Source: Octopus bimaculoides | Lineage: Eukaryota | Direction: 5' to 3' | Assembly: GCF_001194135.2 (NCBI RefSeq) | Contig: NC_068982.1 | Coordinates: forward strand, 95,839,464-95,903,463 | DNA: 64,000 nt | Part shown: positions 37,101 to 51,940 of the stretch, in pieces | Layout: each line of letters opens with the position of its first letter | How positions within the stretch are numbered: the stretch's first letter is position 1 | Translations under genes and position numbers: made by a program | Notes under the pieces: generated by a model | Seen by the model: only the letters and a program-made list of their open reading frames with translations | The model's database searches: none | Told to the model about the DNA's origin: nothing

Positions 37101-40100
37101 AAGTTAAATGGAGTGTGATGCAATGATGTTTTTTTATGAGTAACATTTGGCATCCCTTTATTAGAGGATGCTTTTGAGGTCTCTGTTCAAGGAGCTGGTG
37201 TAGTTTTGGCATATAGTTTTGAGATTGTAATGGATGATGTGTAGTTAGAGAATGTTGGGAGAAATAAAGGATAGTGTCATCTACATTAGAGTAGGTGTTG
37301 TTGGATGTGACAGCAAGTTAGTCATTGATGAATAGAAGGAAGAGGGTGGAGATAAATCTGAACCCTATAAAATGCCTTTATAAGCGGAATGATGAACAGA
37401 ATGAGCTCCATCAAAACATGCAACACTGCAATTCGACAGGAAGCTTTCAATCCAAGAAATGAGACATGTGGTGACCATAGGTTATCAGTTTTCTTATTCA
37501 CATGCCTGGCACAGACAAAACTTTTGCTGACATGAAGGGCAACCACATTGCTTTCACCAAATTTGTTCAAGAGCCAACTGATGAGTGATTGAGTAAGCCA
37601 CTAGTGAATCTGACTTTACAGAAATTGTATTGGTGGTCATTAAGAGGAAGATTAAAGTCGTTGGAGAGGCATTAATGACTCTACATTACCTAAGATTTTA
37701 GAAGTGAGTGCAAAATTCCAATAGACAGCAGTGAGGGTGCTGTTTTTGAAAATGGGACACACTGTAGCATGTTTCTAAAGAAAGGGATAGATCCTTGTAG
37801 AGAGTAAGATTAAAGAGCCTGGTGAATAGAGGGGCAAGTTCTGGAGCACAGTGCTTGAGATTTACTAGAAAAGACATTGTTAGGACTATAAATTAGATTC
37901 AGGCTATAAATTAGATTTAGAAAAGAGGAAAAGATCACTGGTGTTTTGACTGTCTGGGTATCAATCTGGGACACATGTAGTGGGTAAGACAAATTGATGC
38001 TGGCAAGAGGTTCAGATTCTGCACAGATGGCATCAATGTGGAGTAAATGAGAGAATCACAAGGAGTTGTGAATGTTAAAGCCACTAAGAACAACTTTAGA
38101 GGGAAATGAAGAAAGATGTCTTCAGTGCAAGAGGAGGTAGGGTCAAGGATTTTGGTGGTTTGAAGAATTAGAAGAGTAATAAAAGATGCAGCTGTATTTG
38201 GGGGAGTGAAGGAGGGAGAATTGAATCCTGATAACTTGTTTTTATTGCTTGCATTTATAGTTGTTGTCTCAAAGAGGACTAGGTTTTATGGTCTGAGTAG
38301 GATTGAGAGTGGAATGATTTTAGACACTGGAGAGAAAATTGTCTGGAGGTTTTACTTCTGGATTTATGTATTTTGAGTAAGAGGGTGGCGGTGCATTGAA
38401 AGAAAGGTCATGACAACTCCTGGACCAAATGCTTGGAATATAGCAAACTCTACTTAAGGCACCCAACGACCAACTTGGACATGGCTCCTTCTCCACTACA
38501 AAAAATGTCTTTAACAAAGGTATTTTTTTGCAAGACTGAAGAATGTTTTCTGATATTCATTAAAGTAAATAATCTAGTGTATGACAATGAATTTTTGAGA
38601 AAAATAACTTACCATGATTGACAATTCAATGTAATTGTGTACATCAGTAATAAAAATACTTTATGAAGATATATAAATTTGTTCCAAGCAGATCAGAAGC
38701 AATAGCCATACTAAAAGAAGCAAAAGGACATGTTTTGCCACTGTTTAAGTTCATTGAACACTTTGACAGAAGGTAAGATACATATTTTAATCTAACATCT
38801 ATTTTTGTTAATGTGAAATTTATTATCAGTTGTGATGCCCTTACTCTGAATGAGTTTGCTGAATAAACGTTACTGTCTTCTGCTGTGGTGGTAAATAGAG
38901 AAGCTGTATGACACTCTAGTGGTGAGTGAGGATGTGTCTGTCTCTCTGTCTCTCTCTCTCTCTCTGGTAGAGGCAGCAGAGTGAAGGGTGTGTGTGTGCA
39001 ATGAGGAGTGGAAGTGAAGCTGCATGCCTCTCTCTCCTTTTGGCATTGGGTAAAGCCATGTATGTATCATTGTTGCAGGGGAGGAAATAAAGGTTGTGCA
39101 ATGCTATTGCATTTCTTCCTTTTTTTAATTTTTCTCTTGTGCTTTGTATACAATGATCCCTACTGTGATCCAACAATTTGTTCATTTCCAACATTCAAGA
39201 CCTATTCCCAGCCCTACATTTTCAGTAGTTCAGCATTTTACCAAGAAAATATAAGAAACAGCTTTCTGTATTTATCTTGTGTAAGAGAATGCTTGTGTTG
39301 AGATGTGTGGGTTATCTTTCAAGTCTGATAGGATTACAAATAGAGCTTATCCATTATCTTGATTGTAATTAAACTGAATACACAAATAACAATGTCTGCA
39401 ATATTTAATGTGAGCAATGTAATTATCACAACTTCCAGGATGTAACATGTAATTAGTAAGAGATGCATAATTAGTGTGTATGATTATTTCAACTTGAGAT
39501 TGAAATGCTTAATATTATAGCACAGATGATATAATTTAGTGTCTAGAGTTTGTTCACAAAATTTCAGTTAACTTTATTTGCCATTCTTCTGGAATTGAAA
39601 TATGTATCAGTATCAGCTATGATTTAATCTCTTAGATATAGACCCTTGTTACTAGACAGTATCATAGACCAACTTCCAGCAAACAGTTCATAACTTAATT
39701 CAATTTCCTAATTAAAGATATTTCAATTAACATTTGCTAACCCTTACAAGGCCATCAATGTCATTTCCACAAGTTGTAAATCATTGTGTATCAAAATATT
39801 AACTACTAGTGCTTCCTTCTAAGATAGGTGTAAAGCCATAAATTTGAGGAAGTATTGTAATGTTCTTGCTTGGCTGGCTGATGTAAAATTGGATACACTG
39901 AAAAGCTATAATCTCAACACAGTATACAATTATGCTAACCACAATGCCACACTGTTGACCGGAAGCAGACTAGGTTCTAATTCGATCATTTCTAATGACT
40001 CCTGTGTAACAAACTATTTTTGCAACAAACTCTCATCAAGTCCACCTTGCATATTGCACTGACAACCACCAGGGTTTTGTACAAGAAACTGGGAAGCAAA

Positions 40101-43100
40101 ATAGACACAATATTTCCAGACTGCCATTCACACTCCAAACTTTTTGAAATGTATCGTTCTCATACCATACAACAGCTAGCTAGGGCTACTCAAAGATTTA
40201 AAAATTGATTTTATATGGGTGCAAATATAGGTGTGTGGTTAAGAATTTTTCTTCACATCTACATGGTTTCAGGTTCCCTTTTCACAGCTTCTTGAATAGG
40301 TTTTTTTTTAAAACCTATCAGGAACCATTCTTGTATTTCGATGATGGACTGACTATATTGCTTAAGACTATCAACTAGTCCATGGGTGCTTTCAGCTGAG
40401 CCTACTCAGGCTACTTTGAAATAATTCGCTCACTGGTCTTTGAAAAGAGTCAAAAGTAGCCACAATTTTTCCTTAGCTATAAAGGAAATTGACAAGTTTT
40501 TAAGGAGGCCTGAAAATTCTGACTTTTCACTATGCATGCCTTTCTTAAAGGAATTAGTTATTACAAAGGGGTTTTAAGTTGAAATCAGAACCAGCTCAGC
40601 CTTCTCTGACCTATGCGAACATGCAGTCAAGTGTCTGCATTTGTATGATTTTTTTAACTTCTGATTTAAGATCAATAAATCAAAATGTGTGTGAGCTGGT
40701 GTAATGCAGGGACTTTGCTGATAAAATTACACATAGTAATTATAACCAATTTAAGAAATTCTAATAGAGCTGGCATTTTCTGTACTTCAGGTATTAGCAT
40801 TAAATGAAAATTAGTTTTAAAATTTAGACAGCAGCATCATATGCAAATTCTCTAACACTGAAATCCATAAATATCCACTCATTTACAAACTTTCACTCCC
40901 ACGCTCTCTTTCTCTGTATTCCCACTCAACTCCTCCCCACACACACACACACACCTTGTATATCTTCCCTCTCGCTATCCATTTCCTTCTCCCTCTGTAT
41001 CTCTTTGTCTCTCTTTCCTTTCCCCTTTCTGGTAATTGTTTGATGTCAGTTCTAATTGCAGAGGTGTCAGATAATGATTTATGACCAAAAACGAGTGGGT
41101 CGGATATTTATGAAACCATAGTTTGAGATTTGACAGCTACATTGTGCAGGACAAGCAAAACTGTCTGAGATTGTGTTGTCGCTTTGTAAAATTAAGAAAA
41201 GAACTTAAACTAGTAACAAAATTTCTTCCATTTTTAGAACAGTTAGAAGGGCTACTATAGAACTGGTTTGAAATTAAATTTCATCCAAAATATATTTAAC
41301 AAGTGTGAGCAAGGCTGAATGATAAACGTTCATTTCCTGACCACTTGGTTCTGGGTCTGTCCCATTGTGTGGTGCATTGAACAAATGTTTTATACTAGAG
41401 CCCTGGGCCAAGTAGGTCTAGTAAATGGAAGCTAAAGAAAACGTATGTGTGAATTCCTATTTTCAACATTTTTACATGTGTTCACTGGTTATAAACAATG
41501 GCTTCACTGTGGTGTCATTTGCTTGCAGTCCACCACAAAAACATGTCCAGGCTTTTTAACATGTGCAACCTTTGTAAATGAAACGAAAGGCTTATTCATA
41601 CAGTATTGTTTGTTTCCAGTTCTCCACGTAATTATGTTCAGGATGTTGGTTGTTTGATAGACTGGAAGATTATTACCTTGCTTGGAAACAGGTGAGGGGT
41701 GGCATCAAGAAAGGTATCCAACTGTAGAAAATTCTGTACCAGTGTACTCATATCTTACCTATACAAGCATGGGAAAATAGACAGTAATATATTGTTTTAA
41801 ACAACTTGAAGCTTCTATTAGTCAGTATTGATCATTTATCTACATCAGCATATACAGTCCTGAACAAGGTATTTTGTGGAAAACTAGCCATTGCCTATGT
41901 ATACAAGTCTATCCTCTTCATGCCCCTCATATGATTTGAAGGAAAGGTGGCAAGTTTTAGGGCTGATACAGCTTATCATTGTTCTCACAGGTATTATGGC
42001 AAAGTGCAAATAGCTGAAACAGATACAAGGTATCTCATCTGATGCTCTCACACTTCTGCCAATCTATCAACCTCAAGTGGTTCATGTCTTTTATCAACTG
42101 AATTTGAAATTAGAGCACAGATTTGGAACAAATACTTTGTGGTATTCAATCCAATGCTCAATTAACTTTGCCAGTTCACCACCTGAATCTCAGAATACTA
42201 TCATTGAAGTCCTTTCTGATAGGTTTTGATTAAAATTTATTTAAACTATTGCTGGTATGGCTGTGTGATTAAGAACCTTGCTTTGCAAGCACATGGTTTC
42301 AGGTTTAGTTTCAGTGAAGCATCTTAGGCAAGTGTCTTCTACTATAGCCCCAGTCTGACCAATGTTTTGTGGGTGGGTTTGGTAAACAGGCATAGGTTGA
42401 AGTGGCCCAGTTATAAAGAAGTGTTTTACAACTGGATGTGCTTACCCTGAAACTGAGATAGAATGTTATCTATTGATAACCTTCTAATCATTGAAATAGG
42501 TTGATTTGGTTAAACTTAATTTTCACCTTGTTCAAAATGACTATAGCCTTAACTCTGTATTGATTTCTTTCGAGGCCACTTTGGCAATTCTATCAATGCC
42601 ACACAGTGGTCTACTGAACTATAATGAAAGGGTTTAGATGTAAAGGATGTGATGTTGTCATTATTATTCAAGTAGCACAATTTTGTTAAGGACTAACCAT
42701 TGATAAATTAAGCAAAAAATATCCCACTATTATGATACCTTATGCTTCATATAACAGCCTTCATTACATAGAGAATCATTACTGCACCAAACAAAATTCT
42801 TAGTGGCATTTCATCCCATCTTTACATTTTGAGTTCAAATTCCACTGAGAGTGACTTTGCCTATCTTTATAGTGTTGATAAAATAAGTACTAAGTCAAGC
42901 ATTAGGGTTAGTGCAATTGACTCACCCCGTCGTCAAAACTTCAGGCTTTGTGCCTATAGTAAAAAGGATTATATAGCAAAGTATGTCATTATGCTATTAT
43001 TTAACATTATTTAGCAATGCAAATATTCCAGGTAGACAGCACATTGTGGTAAATGCCACATAGCTTTATCAACCACTTTACTCCTGACAATACTGTTTCA

Positions 43101-43668
43101 ATAACTTTTCAAGACCTTTAGTAGTTCATTAAATCCTTCTTCTGTTGGTCATCTCTTAGTAAATTTTAAGACATTTTAGATTTTTTTCAATTAATGACTA
43201 GAATCAAATATTTATAGTGCAAAAAGTCTGCAATTTGTTGAAGTAGTTGAAACTTCTTTCTTTTTGGCAGATATATTCGTATCTCTAACTGTAGTTGGTC
43301 AAACCTGAGGGAATGAGCAAAACTTCTTTTCATGGTTAAGGCACAAATGAATTTACAGAACCTTTTTCAAAAATGATAATAGTGATGATAATTTTAACAT
43401 TTTCTGTGTCCTTTCAATACTCTTGAATCAGATACATTAAGTTCGTTGATGCTACTCTCTTTTACTCTTTTACTTGTTTGTCATTTGACTGCGGCCATGC
43501 TGGAGCACTGCCTTTAGTCAAGCAAATCGACCCCACGACTTATTCTTTGGAAACCTAGTACTTATTCTATCGGTTCTTTTGCCGAAGCGCTAAGTTACGG
43601 GGACGTAAACACACCAGCATCAGTTGTCAAGCAATGTTGGGAGGACAAACACAGACACACAAACATAT

Positions 43669-43699
<31 letters not shown>

Positions 43700-46600
43700 C
43701 GACGGGCTTCTTTCAGTTTCCGTCTACCAAATCCACTCACAAGGTTTTGGTCGGCCTGAGGCTATAGTAGAAGACACTTGCCCAAGGTGCCACGCAGTGA
43801 GTCTGAACCCAGAACCATATGGTTGGTAACCAAGCTACTTACCACACAGCCACTCCTGTGCCTATATTGTTGTGGCAAAACAGATTGTAATTTAATTTGA
43901 ATGAAAGAATGTGAAATTAGAAGTCCTTCAGTATTTTAGATAGAAACTATTTCCTAATATTGATTAGGAGATGCTATAGGCTACTCTTTCATTTCTTTAA
44001 ATTTTCGCACACTCCCTCTGAATTTTAGTTGTGCTAATATTCATTTTGTTGTTACATTAAATTTTCAATTTCATTTTCTCTAAACTATAACAGAAAATAA
44101 TAGGCTATGAGAATACTTTCTCCCTCTTTATTTCTCTCTCCCACCTGTGTTAATTTTAAACAATTATTAATTCAATGTAGGTGGAGAACATTCCCTAGAA
44201 AAAGAATCTTTAGTTAATTGTTGTTGTTGTTGGCACTCCGTCGCTTACGACGACGAGGGTTCCAGTTGATCCAATCAACGGAACAGCCTGCTCGTGAAAT
44301 TAACGTGCAAGTGGCTGAGCACTCCACAGACATGTGTACCCTTAACGTAGTTCTTGGGGATATTCAGCGTGACACAGTGTGACAAGGCTGACCCTTTGAA
44401 TTACAGGCACAACAGAAACAGGAAAAAAGAGTGAGAGAAAGTTGTGGTGAAAGAGTGCAGCAGGTTTCACCACCATCCCCTGCTGGAGCCACATGGAGCT
44501 TTAGGTGTTTTCGCTGAAACACTCACAACGCCCGGGCTGGGAATCGAAACTGCAATCCTATGACCCCGAGTTCACTGCCCTAACCATTGGGCCATTGCGC
44601 CTCCACTTTAGTTAATAACAAATACCAAATCTGGAGAATGCTTACTCTAAATGCATTACAGCACACTTGTTTCCAAGTTCAAATCCTATAATTGCCTTTT
44701 TTTCTTTATCTCTTTAGGTTTGAAATATTACAACTGATTTCAGCCCTAATGTGAAACTAAATTATAATTGAAATTATATGTAAACAATTTCTTTTTCAGT
44801 TGTTAACAAATATGTGAAAATTTAAGAAAATATTGTATTCAAACGTTATAGTTGTAATAGTTATAGTAGTTTCTTATTGTTACATAATTTTGGATAAAAT
44901 TTTTTTTTTAATTGCATAAAACAGCCATTTTAAAATGGAAATCCTTTATTTTTGAGCAAATATGGTCACTTTTAGTGCTGGAAATTAATATCCAAATCAA
45001 TATCAGAATCACTTATCTAAAAGCCTCTTTTACAAGTATTATAACTGTTTATAATGATTCACTTGATTCTTCTTGCCCCCCCCCCCCCTTAAAAAAAAAA
45101 ACAATACTCACTAAAAATTCGACTGCAACTTTTTGGAATTCCTTCTTTGCCCATATTTTCTCAACAGGTGTCAGCGTTTTAGTAAAGTTGATAGGCATTG
45201 CACTCCTTTTTTTAACATAGTGTACAAATAACATAGAAATATCCCTCTGAAAGTCTGAAATAAACTAGTTATAATTGTGAATATCTGAAATAATTTCATT
45301 TTACTCTTTTGCCAATCACACAACTGCTTTAACATGAAATATAACCTTTCTCATTTTAATTGAATTCTACATTGTTTTACAGGCATCACCGTTCTATCAC
45401 TGTATCAGAATTGTATAAAATGAAAGGCATTCTTGAGATTAGAGAGCAAGGTGGAGCTGGAAGAATGGTTCATTTAACAGCATCATTTATTGCTTCTCAA
45501 AAAGAGGATACCAAGGTAAAGTTAACATTTACCTCTTTTAACTTAATTGTTCCTTACACTTAGATTATTATCTCTAGCATTTTTTTTCATTCCCAACTGT
45601 CATCTCATTCAATTTGCTAGTATGCTTTGTAGAAGTCATGAATATTACTATAATCATTTCCTTCTTTTTCTAAGGTCAATACTTCTAATTACTCATTGAT
45701 GGGTTATATCACATTAATGCATTATACAAATATTTATCAAAAAAGTTTCTTTCATTCACACTAAAACAGTTCTTAAATTCTAAATAGGTCTTCATTAACA
45801 TGCCTATGAATTTTCTGTAAACTTATTTTCCAGATACAAGACTCTCTAGAATCTTCTATCTGTCCGATCCATTGTATTGGAAGTATGACTGAAATAGTGC
45901 AAACGCTTTCAAGTAACTTTCTCCCAAATGTGAAAATCAGACGCACTGATCTGGCATCCCAGCTGAAAATTCTATTAGAGAAACATAGAGGCAGCATCCC
46001 ATTAATGAGGTATGGTTTTTTTTGTTTTGTCTTGATTTTGTTTTGTTTTCCAACCTTTCAGCATCAAAATAAACTTTTGTCAATCTTGTTAACCACCAAC
46101 ATAAAAGAACATGTTAACTGTTGTGGCATGTTACAACGTATTAATTTTCACCCTAGTTTCAAGAATTAAAAACAGAAGCTACAATATCATTGCATTGGTA
46201 AGAACTTCCACTTTGAATATTTATCTGCAAGTGGGAGCATTATCAAATGGCTAGATGCTTGGTTAAGCATGAGGCAGAAAGGAAGGGACTTGCCCATGAT
46301 TGCAAACTGAAGTTCAGAAGCATGAAATGTTTAGAATTACAAGACTGTTAGTGAGAAGGAAGATATCATGGGTGAAAAGTGTTTACAGAATGATGAATGC
46401 ATAAGTGCCATTGATATGGAAGACAAAGTGGTATGAAAGTGCATTTATAGCAGGTTGCTGAATGTGGAGAATTTTTTGGAAAAAGAGGGGCTTCTTTATG
46501 CTGATCCTATTCGGGTACCAGCAATTCAAGCTGACAGCAGCATGTTAGATAAAGCTATTAAAGACATGAAGAGAAAGTTAAGAGTAAACCACAATCTCTA

Positions 46601-48963
46601 GTATTTGTTGACGACTTGGAGAGGGTATTTGAAAGGATACTATATTGTATTTGGTGGTTATTAAGGAATCTGTGTAGCTAAATGGCTTGTGAGGGCTGTA
46701 CAAGCTATGTACAATGATGCAATGAATAGTCAATAATGATTACAGTGACAAATTTAGCATGAAGGTAGGACTCCATCAAAGCTAAGCACTCTCTTTTTCC
46801 TCATAGTCCTGCAAGCTATTACAAGTTTCAGACTGGCTGTCTATAGGAACCCCTATATGCTGATAGTCTAGTTCTCATAGCTAAATTTATAGTAAAATTA
46901 GAGGAAATTTCAATCATGGAAACTAAACAAAGAATTAAGATGTCTTGAGATAAACTTGGCAGAGCCTATGGTATTAGTGAGTAGGAAAGAAGACAGGACT
47001 CTGATATCATCAGGGTTCTGCTCAATATGCTTAAAAGGAGTAGGTATAAACTACATATGTTGTACCCATTGTAAGATTTAAACACAGGAGATATAGTGGA
47101 ATCTCAGGCAAACTAACAAAGTAAGTTGCAGATGTGACAGATGCACTGGAGTAGTATACTTTATGAACATACCAGAAATATTCTCTTAAATGTCCAGATG
47201 GCTCACTAAAATTAGTGAATAGCTTTTGTTACATGGGTGTAATTATCAAGGGAGATGGTTGCTCTGAAAGTATTGCAGCCTGAATAAGAAGTTGGGAAAA
47301 GTCGAGGGAGCTTCTACCATTGTTGGAAGCAAGTCTTTTCGTTCAAGTGAAGAGTAGATTGTATGATGTTTGTATTGGAACTACAATGTTACATGGTAAT
47401 GAGTTTTGGACCTTAAATGCAGAGAACTTGAAAAGACTGGAAAGAAATGAAGCTAACATTCTGTTAGACGTATAATGTAAGTGTGCATGAAAGACAATGT
47501 ATTGAGACAAAAACTTGGCATAAGAGGATTCAGATGTAGTATGCAAGAAGACTGCTGGTATGGATATGTGGTGTATATGGATGAGGACAGTTGTATAAAG
47601 TGCTGATTACTTAATGTGGATGGAGCTTGTGGAAGAGGGAGAACCAGGAATACACAAGATGAACTGATGAATAATCTCAGCACCTTGAACCTCATGGAGA
47701 TGACAAAGAACTGGGGTGACTGGCAATATGCAGTTCTCAAGAAGGTTCACATATCTGGGCAAAACTGACCTTCTCATACAGTCTGTCTTTTACTCTGAGT
47801 GAGAGGCCCTTTGTCACCATCAGAAGTAAGAGCTCTCTAAACTTTGCCCAGGCTATTCTTATTCTAGCAGCTACACTTTCAGTGCACCCTCCCCCGCTAC
47901 TAACTTGGTCACCTAGGTAGAGGAAGCTATCAACTACTTCTAGTTTTTCTCCCTGGAGTGTGGCAAAGGTTGTTTTCTGCACATTTTCAGTGTTTATTGC
48001 TCCTTAGCATCTGCCACATACAAAAACTGTCTTCCCAGTTAGCCTTCCTTTGATATTGCTGCACCTTTTATGTGTCCATAGCTTGCACTGAATACATCTT
48101 ATAGAGTTTCTACCTATGTTTTCTCTACAGATTGAGCAGGGCCATCTACCTGAAGCGGTTTGTATTTTGTCTACCTTCCTACTTATTAGGACTTTGGTTT
48201 TAGCTAGGTTGACTCTAAGGCCCTTCAATTTTAGTCCTTGCTTCCACACCTGAAACTTCTCTGGTTCTGATAGTGACTCAGCAATTAGGGCAAGGTCATC
48301 AGCAAAGAGGAGCTCCCAGTGGCATCCCGTCTTGAATTCCTGTGTTATTGACTGGAGGACTATGATAAATATGAGGGGGCTGAGGACTGAACATTCGTGG
48401 ACTCCTACCTCTACTTGGAATTCTTCACTGTACTCGTTGCCAACCCTCACCTTACTGACAGCGTCCTTGTACATGGCTTGCACAGCTCTCACTAACCACT
48501 CATNNNNNNNNNNTTACTGACAGCGTCCTTGTACATGGCTTGCACAGCTCTCACTAACCACTCATCTATCCCTAGTTTCCTCATTGACCACCAGATAAGG
48601 GAGTGGGGAACCCTATCAAAGGCATTCTCCATGTCAACGAAAGCCAGGTACAGAGGTTTATCTTTGGTTGGGTATTTCTCCTGCAGCTGTCTTACTAGAA
48701 ATATAGCATCAGTGGTGCTTTTCCTTGGAATGAACCCAAACTGCATCTCATCTAAACTGAATCTCTCCCTAATTTGTTGGGCTATGACCCTCTCGGTGAC
48801 CTTCATTACCTGGTCCAACAATTTGATACTTCTGTAATTGTTTTTTGTCTAAAGCCTCACCTTTACCTTTGTAGCGGTTGACTATGGTGCTGCTACACCA
48901 GTCATTGGGTATGACTCCTTCATGTAAGATATGTGTATCTGTGTGTGTGTGTGTGTGTATGTG

Positions 48964-49014
<51 letters not shown>

Positions 49015-49119
49015 NNNNNNNNNNNNNNNNNNNNNNNNNNNNNNNNNNNNNNNNNNNNNNNNNNNNNNNNNNNNNNNNNNNNNNNNNNNNNNNNNNNNNN
49101 NNNNNNNNNNNNNNNNNNN

Positions 49120-49173
<54 letters not shown>

Positions 49174-49728
49174 GATAGATAGATAGATAGATAGATATGT
49201 GTATCTAATATATATATAATGGGTGTGTGTATATATATGTGTGTGTGTATCTGTGTATATATATATATACACGTATATGTGTATATATATATAGATGTGT
49301 ATCTGTGTATATATATCAATATCTATAAAACAGATGTTTGTGTGTGTGTGTGTGTGTGTGTACGTGAATGTGATTTATACACGTCCACAAATTAGCACGC
49401 ATGTCACTCCAATTTTAGAAGATTCGGAATGACCCTATGTGCATTTTAGTGAACTTTCTCTCTGAGGTACTCGCGTATACCTGTAAAAATCGATAAACTT
49501 TTACCAATTTTGAAGTTTGTTGACATGGCGAAGTCAAATTTGTGTGTACGCGCTGAAGTAGAGAGAGAGAGAGAGAAATTATGTTTGTGAGAGGGAGGGT
49601 GAAGGAGAGATACATTTTTTTGCCAGCGTCTGTGTGGTAAGCAGCAATCAAACAGAAAAAAATACCCTCTCTCTCTCTATCTATCTCTCCCTCCCTTACA
49701 TACACATGCCAGTTATCTCTCTTTCTTT

Positions 49729-49763
<35 letters not shown>

Positions 49764-50236
49764 CACATGTTGCCAAAAAGAAATAGATGCTTTCTTTTTA
49801 TAGTGAGTATGCCAGACAGAAAGTGTGGTGTGTATGTGAAGTTGTTTTGTTAGTGTGTGAGAGCAGCATGTGTGTGTGTAATGTTGCTGTGTGTGTGAGA
49901 CAGGGAGAGAGAGAGAAAGAAAGAGATAAATGTGTGTAAGGGAGGGAGAGAGATAGAGAGGGAGAAGCGCTCTCTCTATCTCTGCCGAATTGATGTAAAC
50001 AAACCCATGTGGTCTGATTTTCATGTTTCTAGGTATTGTACCGTAAATCGCCATTTCCAAAATATATTTATTTCAAATCATTTATCCGTATATATATGTA
50101 AGGCAAGGTGTGTGTGTGTTTTGTTGATATACGGGCAACATACACACACACACATACGAACATGTATGCGTACAAAAAATATGTATGCAATTGGTGTGCA
50201 TACGTGCGTGTGTGTCTGTATGTGTTGCTCATATAA

Positions 50237-50279
<43 letters not shown>

Positions 50280-51357
50280 GATAGGATGATAAATTGAATT
50301 TTAATTCAATTTAAAACCAAGTGGCCTAGCATATAACAAATCTGAAAATTCAGAAAAAATTGTATTACACGTGTATAAGGGATGACCACTAGGTGGATAT
50401 CCAATATGCTAAAAAGAGGTCATCAACGACCCAACCACAAAGAAAAATGTTCTCAGAGTTCCTAACCCATGAGCAAAGAAGGGTTAGATGATAGCGGTGG
50501 TGTTTTCAAAGGGATGGCATGTGTAACCTGATCACCTCTGCCGATCAAACTCTCAACCCATGCGCTCCAGTTGCAACACTGATTCTGCCCAAATTTGACG
50601 TCATGTTACTTAGTTTGGTTTGAAATAAAGAACTTGATTAGCTTAATAATCCCAACTTAATCCCGGGCAAAGCCGGGCTATACTGCTAATATATATATAT
50701 ATANNNNNNNNNNNNNNNNNNNNNNNNNNNNNNNNNNNNNNNNNNNNNNNNNNNNNNNNNNNNNNNNNNNNNNNNNNNNNNNNNNNNNNNNNNNNNNNNN
50801 NNNNNNNNNNNNNNNNNNNNNNNNNNNNNNNNNNNNNNNNNNNNNNNNNNNNNNNNNNNNNNNNNNNNNNNNNNNNNNNNNNNNNNNNNNNNNNNNNNNN
50901 NNNNNNNNNNNNNNNNNNNNNNNNNNNNNNNNNNNNNNNNNNNNNNNNNNNNNNNNNNNNNNNNNNNNNNNNNNNNNNNNNNNNNNNNNNNNNNNNNNNN
51001 NNNNNNNNNNNNNNNNNNNNNNNNNNNNNNNNNNNNNNNNNNNNNNNNNNNNNNNNNNNNNNNNNNNNNNNNNNNNNNNNNNNNNNNNNNNNNNNNNNNN
51101 NNNNNNNNNNNNNNNNNNNNNNNNNNNNNNNNNNNNNNNNNNNNNNNNNNNNNNNNNNNNNNNNNNNNNNNNNNNNNNNNNNNNNNNNNNNNNNNNNNNN
51201 NNNNNNNNNNNNNNNNNNNNNNNNNNNNNNNNNNNNNNNNNNNNNNNNNNNNNNNNNNNNNNNNNNNNNNNNNNNNNNNNNNNNNNNNNNNNNNNNNTTT
51301 CTCTCTCTCTCTTTCTCTCTCTCTCTCTTTCTCTCTCTCTCTTTCTCTCTCTCTCTT

Positions 51358-51403
<46 letters not shown>

Positions 51404-51491
51404 CGTGTGTGTATATAGATAGATATGTGTATCTGTGTGTGTATACATATGTGTATGTGTGTATATATATATTGATATGTGTATCTGTATG

Positions 51492-51527
<36 letters not shown>

Positions 51528-51899
51528 TATAGGTGTGTGTGTGTGTATAGATATGTGTATGGGTGTATGTTTATTTATTTATTCTATATATATATGTGTG
51601 TGTGTATATGTATATATAGTGTGTATTTTTGTGTATAGATATTGATATGTGTATCTGTGTGCGTGTGTGTGTATATATATATATATGTAAATATATGCAT
51701 ATATCCATACATATCTGTACATAGCTACATCTATATGTATACATACAAGCATATATGGGTACATATATATACATATATATATACATATATATATACACAT
51801 ATATATATATACATGTGTGTGTATATATATGTATATATATATGTAGATAGATTTGTGCATCTGTGTGTATGCATATATATAGATATATGTATATATGTA

Positions 51900-51940
<41 letters not shown>

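Noticed and set aside
48463-48565. Short duplication inside the RTE RT
   Set aside because: Brackets a 10-N gap; assembly artefact rather than a biological repeat.
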